From NCBI GenBank assembly GCA_001600815.1, contig BCKZ01000021.1, forward strand, positions 310,001 through 374,000: a stretch of DNA of 64,000 bases, given 5' to 3'. Each line of letters begins with the position of its first letter. Positions within the stretch are counted from its first letter, which is position 1. The DNA is from Alloascoidea hylecoeti (Eukaryota). The translations under genes and the position numbers were made by a program. Shown in pieces: positions 34,657-45,453 of this stretch. The notes below the pieces were generated by a model. It was not told the DNA's origin and searched no databases. It saw only the letters and a list, made by a program, of their open reading frames with translations.

Positions 34657-34952
34657 GTGGTCTGGGCTTGCCAGCCCTGTCGGCTTTGATAATTGAAGCC
34701 TTTTTTGGGATCAGTTGGATGCTTATTATACATCAAAGACCATACCTTGTTTGACAAGTTACACCAAAAAGTCGCACGACCTCTTGTGAACCGCTCAAGA
34801 GTGAATAATAGATATCCAACAATGTAGATTATATACCGTTTTCCCACTCTGCCGGAAATATTATTACTAAAGTAACGAAATCACCCCTCCAGCATTGCGA
34901 ATTCGGAGTGGGAAAACTGTACCAAGTCTAGTACACCTTCTTCCATGACCAC
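34657..34952. ncRNA. Candidate structured non-coding RNA, family unassigned
   Basis: GC-enriched island with multiple stems and complementary ends; see findings. Confidence 0.45.
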
Positions 34953-35419
34953 TTAATCATTATAAATAAGTACTTATAACTTGTAAATCGAGTCCATCTA
35001 GATTTATTATATTTTACAGTGCTTATATCGGATCAATATTTAGTATTCAATTGTATAAATATTAATTATTTTATGTTGTATTAGTTATTAATATTAGCTG
35101 TAGTCCATTTGTTTATTCTTCACAGCGGTCCATTATTAGTACTTCGACGGTACTAATTAAGTGATGAATTTATTTTTGTATTTGTGCATGCTATAAACTT
35201 GGTTGTGATTTCACCATATAAAGATGTTATAAGCTAATTAGTTAACTTTAATTATCTAGAATTCAAATATAAGCTGATATATTAAAGTTTCATATCTATA
35301 TTTATATATATATATCAGTTTAAAAATGAAAAAAACCAAGCTATAAACAATGTATTTTGATTATATCAATTGACCATATGAAAACAAAGACATATAATAA
35401 TCAATCAATTAATTCATAT

Positions 35420-36194
35420 TTATAAAAATTCTTTACTTTTTCTTCTATAGGCTCTACAATCTCTTAACCATTGTTTATAGCCTTTTAAAGAATATATTTT
35501 TTCACCATAATAATCTGGGACGGGATTTGCATAACTCTGTGAAGAGGGATTAACTCTATTTTTTTTAATGTGTTCAAAAAATTCATCAGATTTCTATAAT
35601 CCAGTTAGAAAAGAAAAATCAAAAACAAAAGGAGTTAAAAAACACAAATCAAAGAATAAAACTTACAGCTGCATAATTAGTTAATGCTTTTCTATGAAGA
35701 GTTTTAAAAAAAACACTACCAAGAGCAGGACCAAATAAAAATCCAACACCACCACATGCAACAATCCCTAATACTGATAAAGATAACATATCCATTCCCC
35801 ATAAAATATAAGTTGGATCAATTTCAATATTTGCAATAAATGCCCATCCAATATTTGAACCAATAATTGCTGTTAAAAAAGAAGAACCTAAATCATATCT
35901 ACGACGCTTTTGACGAAGTGATAAGAATTCTTCCCAAGTTAAATCTTTAGTGTCAGTTTTTTTGGATTCTATATTGATTCTTTTATTATTGGTATTAGTT
36001 GTATTATTTAATGTATTTGTATGATTTGAATTAAGGAGTAGAGATTTAGAAGAGAATTTCGATTGCTGATTGATTCTAAGAATTGAAGATGATAGAACTT
36101 TTCCAAGTATTGCAGTTGATGTAATTGGCCGGCAAGCAGTGGATGATGCCATGGACAGCTTTGAAGCTGCTCGCAAAGTGTTTATCCCTAACAT
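35420..36194 (-). CDS. PAM17: Mitochondrial presequence translocase-associated motor subunit, 2 exons (36194-35667, 35593-35420)
   Basis: [10 protein letters not shown], two TM segments and, after intron 35594-35666, [36 protein letters not shown]. Confidence 0.95.
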
Positions 36195-36314
36195 TTGCTA
36201 TATTGATGAATATAAAATCGTGTGATGGAGGTTAGAAAATTATATAATTATGGGTGCAAGGAGGAATGCCATTCATATTTATAATTTATCTACTTATTTA
36301 AATATACTAATTAA

Positions 36315-37601
36315 TTATTGTACAATTTTTTCATGATTTGGTGTTAATATTGCAAAAGTAAGAAAAGAAGTATGAGATTTTATTTCAGTTTCAACTTTTG
36401 AAACATTTTGCCAATTAAAATTTGGATCACCTTCTTTAACTTTGATTCCTTTTCCAAAAGGATTAAATCCTTTAAATCTTGGAGTACCAGGAATTCTTGA
36501 ATCAAGTTCAGGTTTAGTTTTAAATGATTTTTCAGTAATATCAATTTCGTTGTTATTGTTGTTATTGTTATTATTGTTATTATTGTTATTATTGTTATTA
36601 TTATTAGTATTTTCTTCATCATTAACATTTTCCTTTCCATTAATATTTTCAGTTGATATTTTTCTTTTTCGTTTTCTTTCCATATCATCATATTTTCGTT
36701 TAAGACCATCGTTTTTCCTCTTTTGAACATCTTTTAATCTTTTAATTGCATCATCAACAGTTTTAACCATTTCTTTTCTTGCTTCCCATTTCTTTGCAGA
36801 AACTTCAACCATTTCAATTGATACCCAACCATATGATTTTAAAGTTTCAACTGTTTGTGCTACTTGTTCAATACATGGTGAAAAACAACATATTGAAACT
36901 GTTGAATTCTGTGATATTACTTTGTTTAAATGGGGAATAGCTGTCCATGGAGAAGGAAGATCTAAGAATACGGCATCTGCATTTATTATTTCATTTTTAT
37001 TTTCGTTTCCGTTTCCATTTCCATTTTCATCTAATTGTGATTCATTACCATTTTCCTCCAACTTGTTATTTTCAGATTGTTTAGGAATTTCAAATCCTCC
37101 ATTACAAACATCTCTATGTGTAATCGTTAACACATCTTTTGAAAAATTATGTTCTTCAAATTCCCTTTTAGCTTCTAAATACCTTGCTTCATGAAATTCA
37201 TAAGTGAATAATTTCCCAATGGGAGAAATAGTTCTTAAAAATGAATGACTAAAACTCCCACTACCAGTTCCAGCTTCAATAACAATTGAACCTGGTTTTA
37301 AATTCATTCGTTGTATAATATAAGAACTATCAGGAGTATATACAATTTGAGTTCTATGTGGTAATGATAAAGTCCATAATTCAGGACTTGGATGTAATAA
37401 ATGGATAAAACCATAACCAGATTGACTTGGAATCTGAGTACCAAATTTAACTCCAATCATTAAATCATGTGGGAAAGCACCAAATCGAGTATTTAAAACA
37501 TCACCTTTTTTAATTGTAATTGGTTTAATATTATCTCGAGTTATCCACGCTAATATTAGATCACCTTCACTTATAACTTTTTTATATTCAGTAAATGACA
37601 T
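36315..37601 (-). CDS. GCD14: tRNA (adenine58-N1)-methyltransferase catalytic subunit Trm61
   Basis: [44 protein letters not shown] and HTSFLTFA. Contains a poly-Asn insertion. Confidence 0.95.
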   Translation of the reverse strand: MSFTEYKKVISEGDLILAWITRDNIKPITIKKGDVLNTRFGAFPHDLMIGVKFGTQIPSQSGYGFIHLLHPSPELWTLSLPHRTQIVYTPDSSYIIQRMNLKPGSIVIEAGTGSGSFSHSFLRTISPIGKLFTYEFHEARYLEAKREFEEHNFSKDVLTITHRDVCNGGFEIPKQSENNKLEENGNESQLDENGNGNGNENKNEIINADAVFLDLPSPWTAIPHLNKVISQNSTVSICCFSPCIEQVAQTVETLKSYGWVSIEMVEVSAKKWEARKEMVKTVDDAIKRLKDVQKRKNDGLKRKYDDMERKRKRKISTENINGKENVNDEENTNNNNNNNNNNNNNNNNNNNEIDITEKSFKTKPELDSRIPGTPRFKGFNPFGKGIKVKEGDPNFNWQNVSKVETEIKSHTSFLTFAILTPNHEKIVQ

Positions 37602-37996
37602 TTGAAATTTTTTGGTTCATTAAATAAAATTTCACAATTAATTATTTTAAAAGTTTTTGGCTGGGAAAAAATTATGAGAGTGAAAAGTTACCCGGATATC
37701 TAATATTTATTGTTAACCGCCAATAATATTATTACTCTTAACATTATTAATTATGATAGCAGTCAAACATAAATACAGCTCTATAATTGTAGCTAATTGG
37801 AATATTTGTTTAGCAGTACACAATAGAGGGAATTAGAATATCATAACAACATAATTCGCAGCTACCTTCGTTTATTACGTATCACATACTCTACCACCAC
37901 CTACAAAATACAGTGAAATTTATAACTTACTCAAAATATATATAGAAATGCAGTTGATGTATTGTAATACCAGTGGAGTTTGAGATTGCTGTGATT

Positions 37997-38596
37997 ATGT
38001 ACAATAGTGTTATTTGGCGAGTTGGCGAGTTTCAACACGGTATCCTATACCTTCTTGATATGCATACGTTATTTATGATTGTACCATTATAATTATCTTC
38101 AGTAATTAATACTATAATAAATATATCATATAACTATGGAAAAGCTCACTTGAATTCAGTAATTGATCAAGATAAGAAGGCTGGACAAACTTCACCGCAA
38201 CATGGTTATTATGAAAATGAAAATGAAGTTTTCGCGTTGAGAGCAAAAGTATTGATTCAAAATGATTCAAAACAACCACAACTTTCACCTTCGAATTCAC
38301 TTAAAACTCATAAAAAATCATTAGCAGCTTCTATAATTCGGGCAGAATATAAATTAAAAGACCCATCTCCAGATTATTTTAAATTACCTGACTCTTTAAT
38401 TCTGGATGAAGATTATGAGTATCAAAGATTCACGATTACCAAAACTAGAGACATTAACAGAATATCTAAAAATCGTGAACAATCTTTGTCGGTAAAATTT
38501 GGTTTAATTTTTGGAACTGAAGAGGACAAAAACTTGTTTAAATCAAATTTTAGAAAGGAACAACTTTACAATAAAAGAGTACGTATAAGTACTTGA
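37997..38596 (+). CDS. Hypothetical protein, probably spliced (37997-38039, 38145-38596)
   Basis: An open frame of ~150 codons without ATG can be joined to an upstream ATG exon through a GTATCC..TATAAC..AAG intron. The donor is non-canonical. Confidence 0.4.
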
Positions 38597-39331
38597 CAAT
38601 CTCTGATCAATTGGGGTTTCATGTAAAATTTACCTCCAGCTGGATTTCGTTTTATATTAATATTAATATTAAGATATCTCCTAGGAGGTGTTTTACTCTT
38701 TTTAACTTTGCCTCTATTTGGAAATAATGCAACTAAAGATATCTTTGTAAGGAAACTATTTGTGATATCACAATGATCACATACTTATAAATATTGAGAA
38801 AATCACGTATTGTACCGTAAGTGTTTGCAAGATATTATACTTTTCACGCGCCTAAATTTTACTCATACTTAAATTAATATTAATATTTTTTTTTCTGTGA
38901 AGCATTTTTTGGACTTCAAAGATATTTCCAAATGTTTGCAATTGGATATATATAGTTCTCAGTAAGGTCAAGTAATCCTATTAATCTGTCAATAATCCAA
39001 TCAAGATTCTAACTTGAGACTACTTCGATGAGCGAGTCTCACTTCNAGTGAAAATCTTCAAAATCTACAAATCATTTTCTCTTATCTATATATTATATTC
39101 TTTCACCAAAGTTCTTTTCTTTCATTCATCAGTAAACTATTATTATCTTATTTTCTGGGTTTTCCCTAAATTTAACGTGTAAATATGTATATTCATCCAA
39201 ATGGTAAAGTATTTTGATTCCCTAGATTCAATCAACCTCCTAGGGTAATAGTTAGAGGAAGTCTTTTATCTACAAAATAAATTCTATACCCATTAATTAA
39301 TTAATTATTATTTATTATATAAATCTATAGT

Positions 39332-40121
39332 TTATTTATTTTGAACAGAAATAACTTCATTTCTTAGATATTTAATCATTGCGGCAGGATCATCAGCTTT
39401 AAAAACCGAAGTTCCAGCGACGATTATATTAGCACCTGCTTCAGCGGCTACTCGAATTGTATCTTTAGCCAAACCACCATCAACTTCAATATCTAGATGT
39501 GGATAATGTGTTCTTAAATATTTAACTTTTTCCATCATTGGGAGTTGAAATTTTTGACCACCAAAGCCTGGTTCAACAGTCATTATTAAAACACAATCGA
39601 TGAATGGAATTAGATTATCTAGGACTTCCACTGGGGTACCGGGTTTAATGGATATTCCAGCTCTTATTCCTTTAGATCTAATTTTTTCAAGCAATGGTTG
39701 TGGATTTTCTTCAATGATGTGAGTATTAACAATTATATGTGAGTGTATATAGAAAGATACTTACCAACTGCTTCATAATGAAACGTGAACTGATTAACTT
39801 TGGCATCTGCTAAATCATTCAACCATAATTCAGGATCTGTAACCATTAAATGACAATCAAAAAAAGCAGATTTGTTATCAGGCATAACTTTACGTAACGC
39901 TTTAACGACAGGGGGACCAAAAGTTAAATTTGGTACAAAATTCCCATCCATAATGTCAATATGAAGCCAATCTGCTTCATAAGAAAGCATTCTTATACAG
40001 TCATTACCAAGATTGGCAAAATCGCCTATAAAAGTTAATAAAGATATTAATTGATATTATCTTAGTATTCTGGATACTTACCGGATAATATGGAAGGAGC
40101 GATTTTAGCAGGTAAGCCCAT
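39332..40121 (-). CDS. RPE1: Ribulose-phosphate 3-epimerase, 3 exons (40121-40082, 40025-39765, 39708-39332)
   Basis: IAPSILSGDFANLG, WLHIDIMDGNFVPN, FDCHLMV, MTVEPGFGGQKF and IEVDGG. Both introns are 56 nt with GTAAGT donors. Confidence 0.96.
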
Positions 40122-40332
40122 TTTGATTTTTTATTTTTTATTTTTATGTTTAAGTGGAAAAGAAAAGAAATGTTTACATAATGCTTACGATCACAAAAGG
40201 CGGGTAATGGAAATACGTCATAAAAATGTCAAAATAAAAACCTTTTTTAACCTCTAGAAGATGAATAGAAATAAATAAACCAAGAAAAAATAAAAAAATA
40301 AACCATTATAATCAAGAACATGTAATAAGCGA

Positions 40333-40749
40333 TTAACATGTCAAGTCCTGAACCCAATCCAGGTCTGTGTGTGGAGACTGCAACGAAATCATCTTCAAGA
40401 AACTCTGATAAACACTTTTGTCCATTGCTTTTTCATAAATCGGCATCAGCTCCGCTGGTTTCGGATACACTTTGGTGGCCTCGTAGAAACACAGTGCTGC
40501 TTCCACCGTTTTGTCCGGTTCTTTGCTCAAAAGCTCTCCTTCGCCCAGTTTCTCCATGAAGAAAAGAAACTCCTCATTGGGGTCCGTTGGGATGCTATTT
40601 TTGTTTGAGGCCTCCAGGGCGCTTTGAATGTCTGAGATGTTTATTTTGTCAGACCCAGTCGACGACTCTGCCGGTGACTCTTCTGGTGACTCTGTTGACG
40701 ATCTTGTCGATGATCCCGATGATCCTTCCGATTCCTCAGCCTGTGACAT
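40333..40749 (-). CDS. Tom20-like receptor domain protein lacking the N-terminal membrane anchor
   Basis: PTDP.E...FFME.L..GE.L, VEAALCFYEATKVYPKP.ELM.IYEK and V...F..MI match the Tom20 cytosolic domain. Confidence 0.75.
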   Translation of the reverse strand: MSQAEESEGSSGSSTRSSTESPEESPAESSTGSDKINISDIQSALEASNKNSIPTDPNEEFLFFMEKLGEGELLSKEPDKTVEAALCFYEATKVYPKPAELMPIYEKAMDKSVYQSFLKMISLQSPHTDLDWVQDLTC

Positions 40750-40918
40750 TATCTCTCCATTGATCGATTCTTAAGGACGACAGAAGTTGAAGTTCGGAGG
40801 TTACCTCCTGTTGGTCACGTGCGCTGCCATACCAACGTTTTGTTTACGTTTTTTGTTTTACGTTTGTCTTTCAAACCTCCAAAATATAAACATTAATGAG
40901 TTCTTTCAGTTTCACCAA

Positions 40919-41283
40919 ATGTCTCATCTCGATTTAATAACAAGTTCTACGGGGAGTGCAACCACAAACTCCTCCAATTACAATTTCGACTCAGATCACG
41001 ATGATTCATCTTCCTCTTCCGATAATTCGTTTGGTCCTCCTGCTCTGTCCGATTATGCTAAAGCTTTATTGGCCGAAAATAAAATTAACAAAGATAACAA
41101 AGATTTACGTGTAAATAATAACAACAATGATCCAAATAACAGTATACTCAAATCTCAGATATCGTCATCAAACGTTCCTTCAAATAATTCCTCAAATGAT
41201 CAATCAAATGGCAAAGATAATGATTTACAATCCCGTTTGAAGAGACTTTCCTGGACAATCTCACAAAGACAACAACACCAACA

Positions 41284-41314
<31 letters not shown>

Positions 41315-43666
41315 CAACAACAACAATCTTCAAAATCAACCATAATAGAAGATATCGCTAAAAATACAGATATTTCTCAACGAATAAGAAAATTATCCGT
41401 GGCTAGAAGAAATTCCATTGATAATAATACCAATTATGATAAATCTTATATTTCAAGAAATTCTTCATCTCCAACAGATCATCCAACAAATTCAAATAAT
41501 CCCAATCCTCTAACAACCCCTGCACCACGAACAAATTATGATGTATCAACAAAAACTATTCTGCGTACAAAAAGATTCACAAGAGCAAATTTAGGTCCTG
41601 CAAAAAGATTAGTTAGACGTGTTAGTGAAGAAGATGATCATAATAATGATAAGAAATTAGATTTAAATTTAGATGACATTGATCCAATGTCTCCAATACA
41701 ATCAATGAATAAATCAAGAAATAAATTAAGATTTGCTTCAAATTATAATGAAATTCCAAATAATAATATACAACAAATTGATAATTCTGATCATGATGAT
41801 AGTAATAGTAGTCAACAATCACCATCTTCATTTTCTGCAATATCTTATAAAACTTCAACATCGAAATATTCTCCAACTTTTAAATCTTCAAGTATTACAC
41901 CACCTCCAACTTTTTCTTCATTAAAAAGAAATTCAAATTCAAATTCTTCAAAAGATTTACAAATTTCTGCATTAAAAGAAAAATTAGAAAGAAGAATTAG
42001 TCAAAGTGAAAATTCACATAAAAAATCTCCACCTTTAAATAAATTGAATGAATTAAATTCAATTTTGGCTACTGATACATCTATAAATAATTATGATAAT
42101 TTGTTACAGAAAACAAATATTTCTAATTCAAATTCAAATCAAAATAATGTTGGCAATTCAAATTCTTCAAATTATTCTTCAAGCACAGTTAAAAATGATA
42201 ATAGAAATCATTCATTTACTAATTCATTTTTTGATAAGAAAAATGATATTAGTAATATATTAAAATCATCAAAAAAGGATATATTTCAATCGAATAATAA
42301 TCAAATTAATGATGATACTAATAAATTAAATGAAAAAGAAAATCCAAAAAGAATAATATTAAGTAAAATATCATCGAATGATTTATTTAATAGAGTTAGT
42401 GAAGAAGAAATTAAAGGGAATGCTCAAACTCAAGAATCTAAAAAGAATAGTTCATTTTCACGTTCACCTATTCTTAAACAACACCATCTTCAACAAGCTC
42501 AACCCCAACCTCAATCCCAAGTACAAGAACAAAAATATAATAATAATAATATCAATATGAACAACATTAATCAGAACAATAGACAGAACGAACAAGTTTA
42601 TGAACAATCACAATCACATAGAAGATTAAAAAATGTAATCAATTTAAATGGTAAATCATATCATAAATTAGAATTAATCGGTAAAGGTGGTACATCAAAA
42701 GTTTTTAAAGTTCAATCAATTGGTCCAAATGGTAATAATAAAATTTATGCTTTAAAAAAAGTTGTTTTACATGATGATTTAGATAAAAGTATAACTGATA
42801 ATTTTAAATGTGAAATTAATTTATTATTAAAATTACAAAATGAATCATTAATTGTTAAATTAATTGATTACTCAATTCAATCAAATTCAATTTATATTTT
42901 ACAAGAATTAGGTGAAATTGATTTAGCACTTGTTTTATCTTCAAGATTAAATAAACCTTTATCAATTAGTTTTGTTAGATATCAATCAACTGCTTTATTA
43001 GAATGTGTTAATGCTGTTCATAAACATGATATTGTTCATAGTGATTTAAAGCCTGCTAATTTTTTATATGTTAGAGGTGTTCTAAAATTAATTGATTTTG
43101 GTATTGCAAATGCTGTACCAGATTTCACTGCAAATGTTTATAGAGATAATCAAATTGGTACTCCAAATTATATGGCTCCTGAAACTTTATTAGATATGGG
43201 TCAAATTGATAAAGAATTTGGTATTAATAATAATTTATCTTCTTCAAAAGTTATTAGAGTTGGTAAACCTTCTGATGTTTGGAGTTGTGGTTGTATTATT
43301 TATCAAATGGTTTATGGTAGACCACCATATGCGAATTTTAATGGTCCACAAAGAATGTTAGCAATAATGAATCCAAATGTTCAAATAAATTATCCATCAA
43401 AGGGTCTTGGTGATGTAATTGTTCCAAAAGAAATCATTAATACAATTAAATCTTGTCTTGAAAGAGATCCAAGTAAAAGATCAACTATTCAACAAGTTTT
43501 AGATAGTCCTTTTATCAAACCACCTATTGTTTCTAGAGATTTTCTAATGGATTTGGTTGCTAATGCGGTTAGTTATGGAGCTGAGAAAGGGATGGTTAAT
43601 TCTAATGAATTGGATATTTTAACTGATGATGTTTTAAAGAAAATTGGAGAACTTGGACTTAAATGA
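40919..43666 (+). CDS. MPS1: Mps1 dual-specificity kinase
   Basis: PPALSDYAKALL, LGPAKR, IGKGGTSKVFKV, HSDLKPANF, LIDFGIANAVPD.T.NVYRD.QIGTPNYMAPE and SDVWSCGC. First ATG at 40919. Confidence 0.93.
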
Positions 43667-43986
43667 TTTTTTTTTTTTTTTTTTAATACCCCATGTAGTT
43701 ATTGTTATGATATGTTGTTTTATTTGCATATTTTTTTTGTCTTCTACTTTCTTGCAATTGATTTTTTGGGAACCCATCTGAATACATCCTATAGTTTATT
43801 TCACTTGTATTTATTTTTAAATCTCTATCAAGATTAATGGAATATTTAGCAATATAGCTATAGGAATGAATTAAACTCAGGCTTAAGTTTTAATTATATT
43901 TAGTTTATAACATACATATTTACAAATTTAATTTAAATTCTATAGATTATAATTGATGATTCAACTTATATATACAAATATGATAT

Positions 43987-45090
43987 TTAATCAAGTCTAG
44001 TTTTACTAATAGTTCTTCCTTTTACTTCAATTATTGTATCTGAACCAGATCTATATCCTCTTGAATCTTCATTTCTATAATCATCGTCATCATTTTCATT
44101 ATCATCAGATTTTGTTAAATCTTCATCGATTATGATTGGTGGACCTCGTTTTTTTGCCCAAATCTCAATCAATGTTGATTTCCCTTCATCTGGATCGAAA
44201 AATATTTCTTGTATTGTTTGGACTGGTTTTTCATTACCAGTTATGATATGTACTTGAGCAATGATATTACTATTAGGGTTTAATTCAATTTCAAAATCAT
44301 CATCGTTATAGTATAAATCACAAGTATAGATATCCATTCTTTGTCTACCAGTTGAAGAAAAATTCCAATCTTCATCAATTGATTTAATTGGACTTAGATG
44401 GATTTGAGAAGAAATTGACCGTTTACCATCAATATCATTTAACGGTAAATCTAATGTATTTCTAATATTTTTATAATTTAAATCAATTGCAGATGATATT
44501 TGTTTTTGAATTTTATTAATTAAATTTGTATTATTAGTAGCATTACCATTTAATGAATTAAAAGAACCAAAAGATGAAGTACGTGATGAATTTTTATAAA
44601 TAAAATGTGATTTCATTATATTTTCCCATCTACTTTTTGATAATTTTCTTTTATTAATTGTTGTAAATTTATTAAAAATTAAAAAAAATATAACAATTGG
44701 AGGAATTAAAAAAATTACAAATGGTGTTATTAATAAAAATCCACCACAAATTATAAATAAAAAAACCGGTACTTTTAATGATGTTGGAAATAACGACCAA
44801 ATTAATGAAAAAATGTTACTATTGTTTCTTGAATTGAATATTGATTGTCGCCGACTACTATTAAATCTTTGTTTATTATTGAGATTGTTTATTATTCGAA
44901 ATGTTGAAAATGGTCTATATCTGTTAAATATAGATTTATGTTGTAATTGGTTATGAACAGTATTGTGATTTGTTAACGTTAACGAGCAAAATCTGAGCTT
45001 TTGATAACTGTAGGTTGGTATGGATGGAATCAGGTTCGATATTAAAGGCCTGTATGGCTTTGGAATACCGATTTTCGTTAAATAGAGCAT
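43987..45090 (-). CDS. Putative mitochondrial membrane protein (possibly Mrx9-like)
   Basis: Arg/Ser-rich presequence-like N-terminus and a hydrophobic stretch. It neighbours MPS1, as MRX9 does in S. cerevisiae; orthology is an inference from synteny only. Confidence 0.55.
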   Translation of the reverse strand: MLYLTKIGIPKPYRPLISNLIPSIPTYSYQKLRFCSLTLTNHNTVHNQLQHKSIFNRYRPFSTFRIINNLNNKQRFNSSRRQSIFNSRNNSNIFSLIWSLFPTSLKVPVFLFIICGGFLLITPFVIFLIPPIVIFFLIFNKFTTINKRKLSKSRWENIMKSHFIYKNSSRTSSFGSFNSLNGNATNNTNLINKIQKQISSAIDLNYKNIRNTLDLPLNDIDGKRSISSQIHLSPIKSIDEDWNFSSTGRQRMDIYTCDLYYNDDDFEIELNPNSNIIAQVHIITGNEKPVQTIQEIFFDPDEGKSTLIEIWAKKRGPPIIIDEDLTKSDDNENDDDDYRNEDSRGYRSGSDTIIEVKGRTISKTRLD

Positions 45091-45453
45091 TTGAATCGGT
45101 TTGGAAGAAATGGTGAAGAAGCCGATTCGGAGGTTTTAACAAATCAGGTTTGGGGTGATTGGGAGTATTGCTCAAATTTACATAATGAAATCGTCTTGTA
45201 TGACTAGGAATTATTCGTATAATAAGTTGAATATTTAATTATTTTTAGAACCACATGAACAAATTTTCTGTTTTTGTGAATTGTGAAGTTTTCGTTAAAT
45301 TGTAAACAAGTTTTCGGTAGATTTCGCATATTCAGTAATTGTTGAATAAATAATAAACCACTGTGACATATATGATATTTTTAACACCCATCCAACTAAA
45401 CCTACACTTTCATCAGAATATAAAAGTTAAGAAAGAAAGACCTTTGATTTAGT

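Noticed and set aside
34572..34847. 91-aa minus-strand ORF over the structured island
   Set aside because: GTG start, no recognisable motif and no convincing splice to an ATG.
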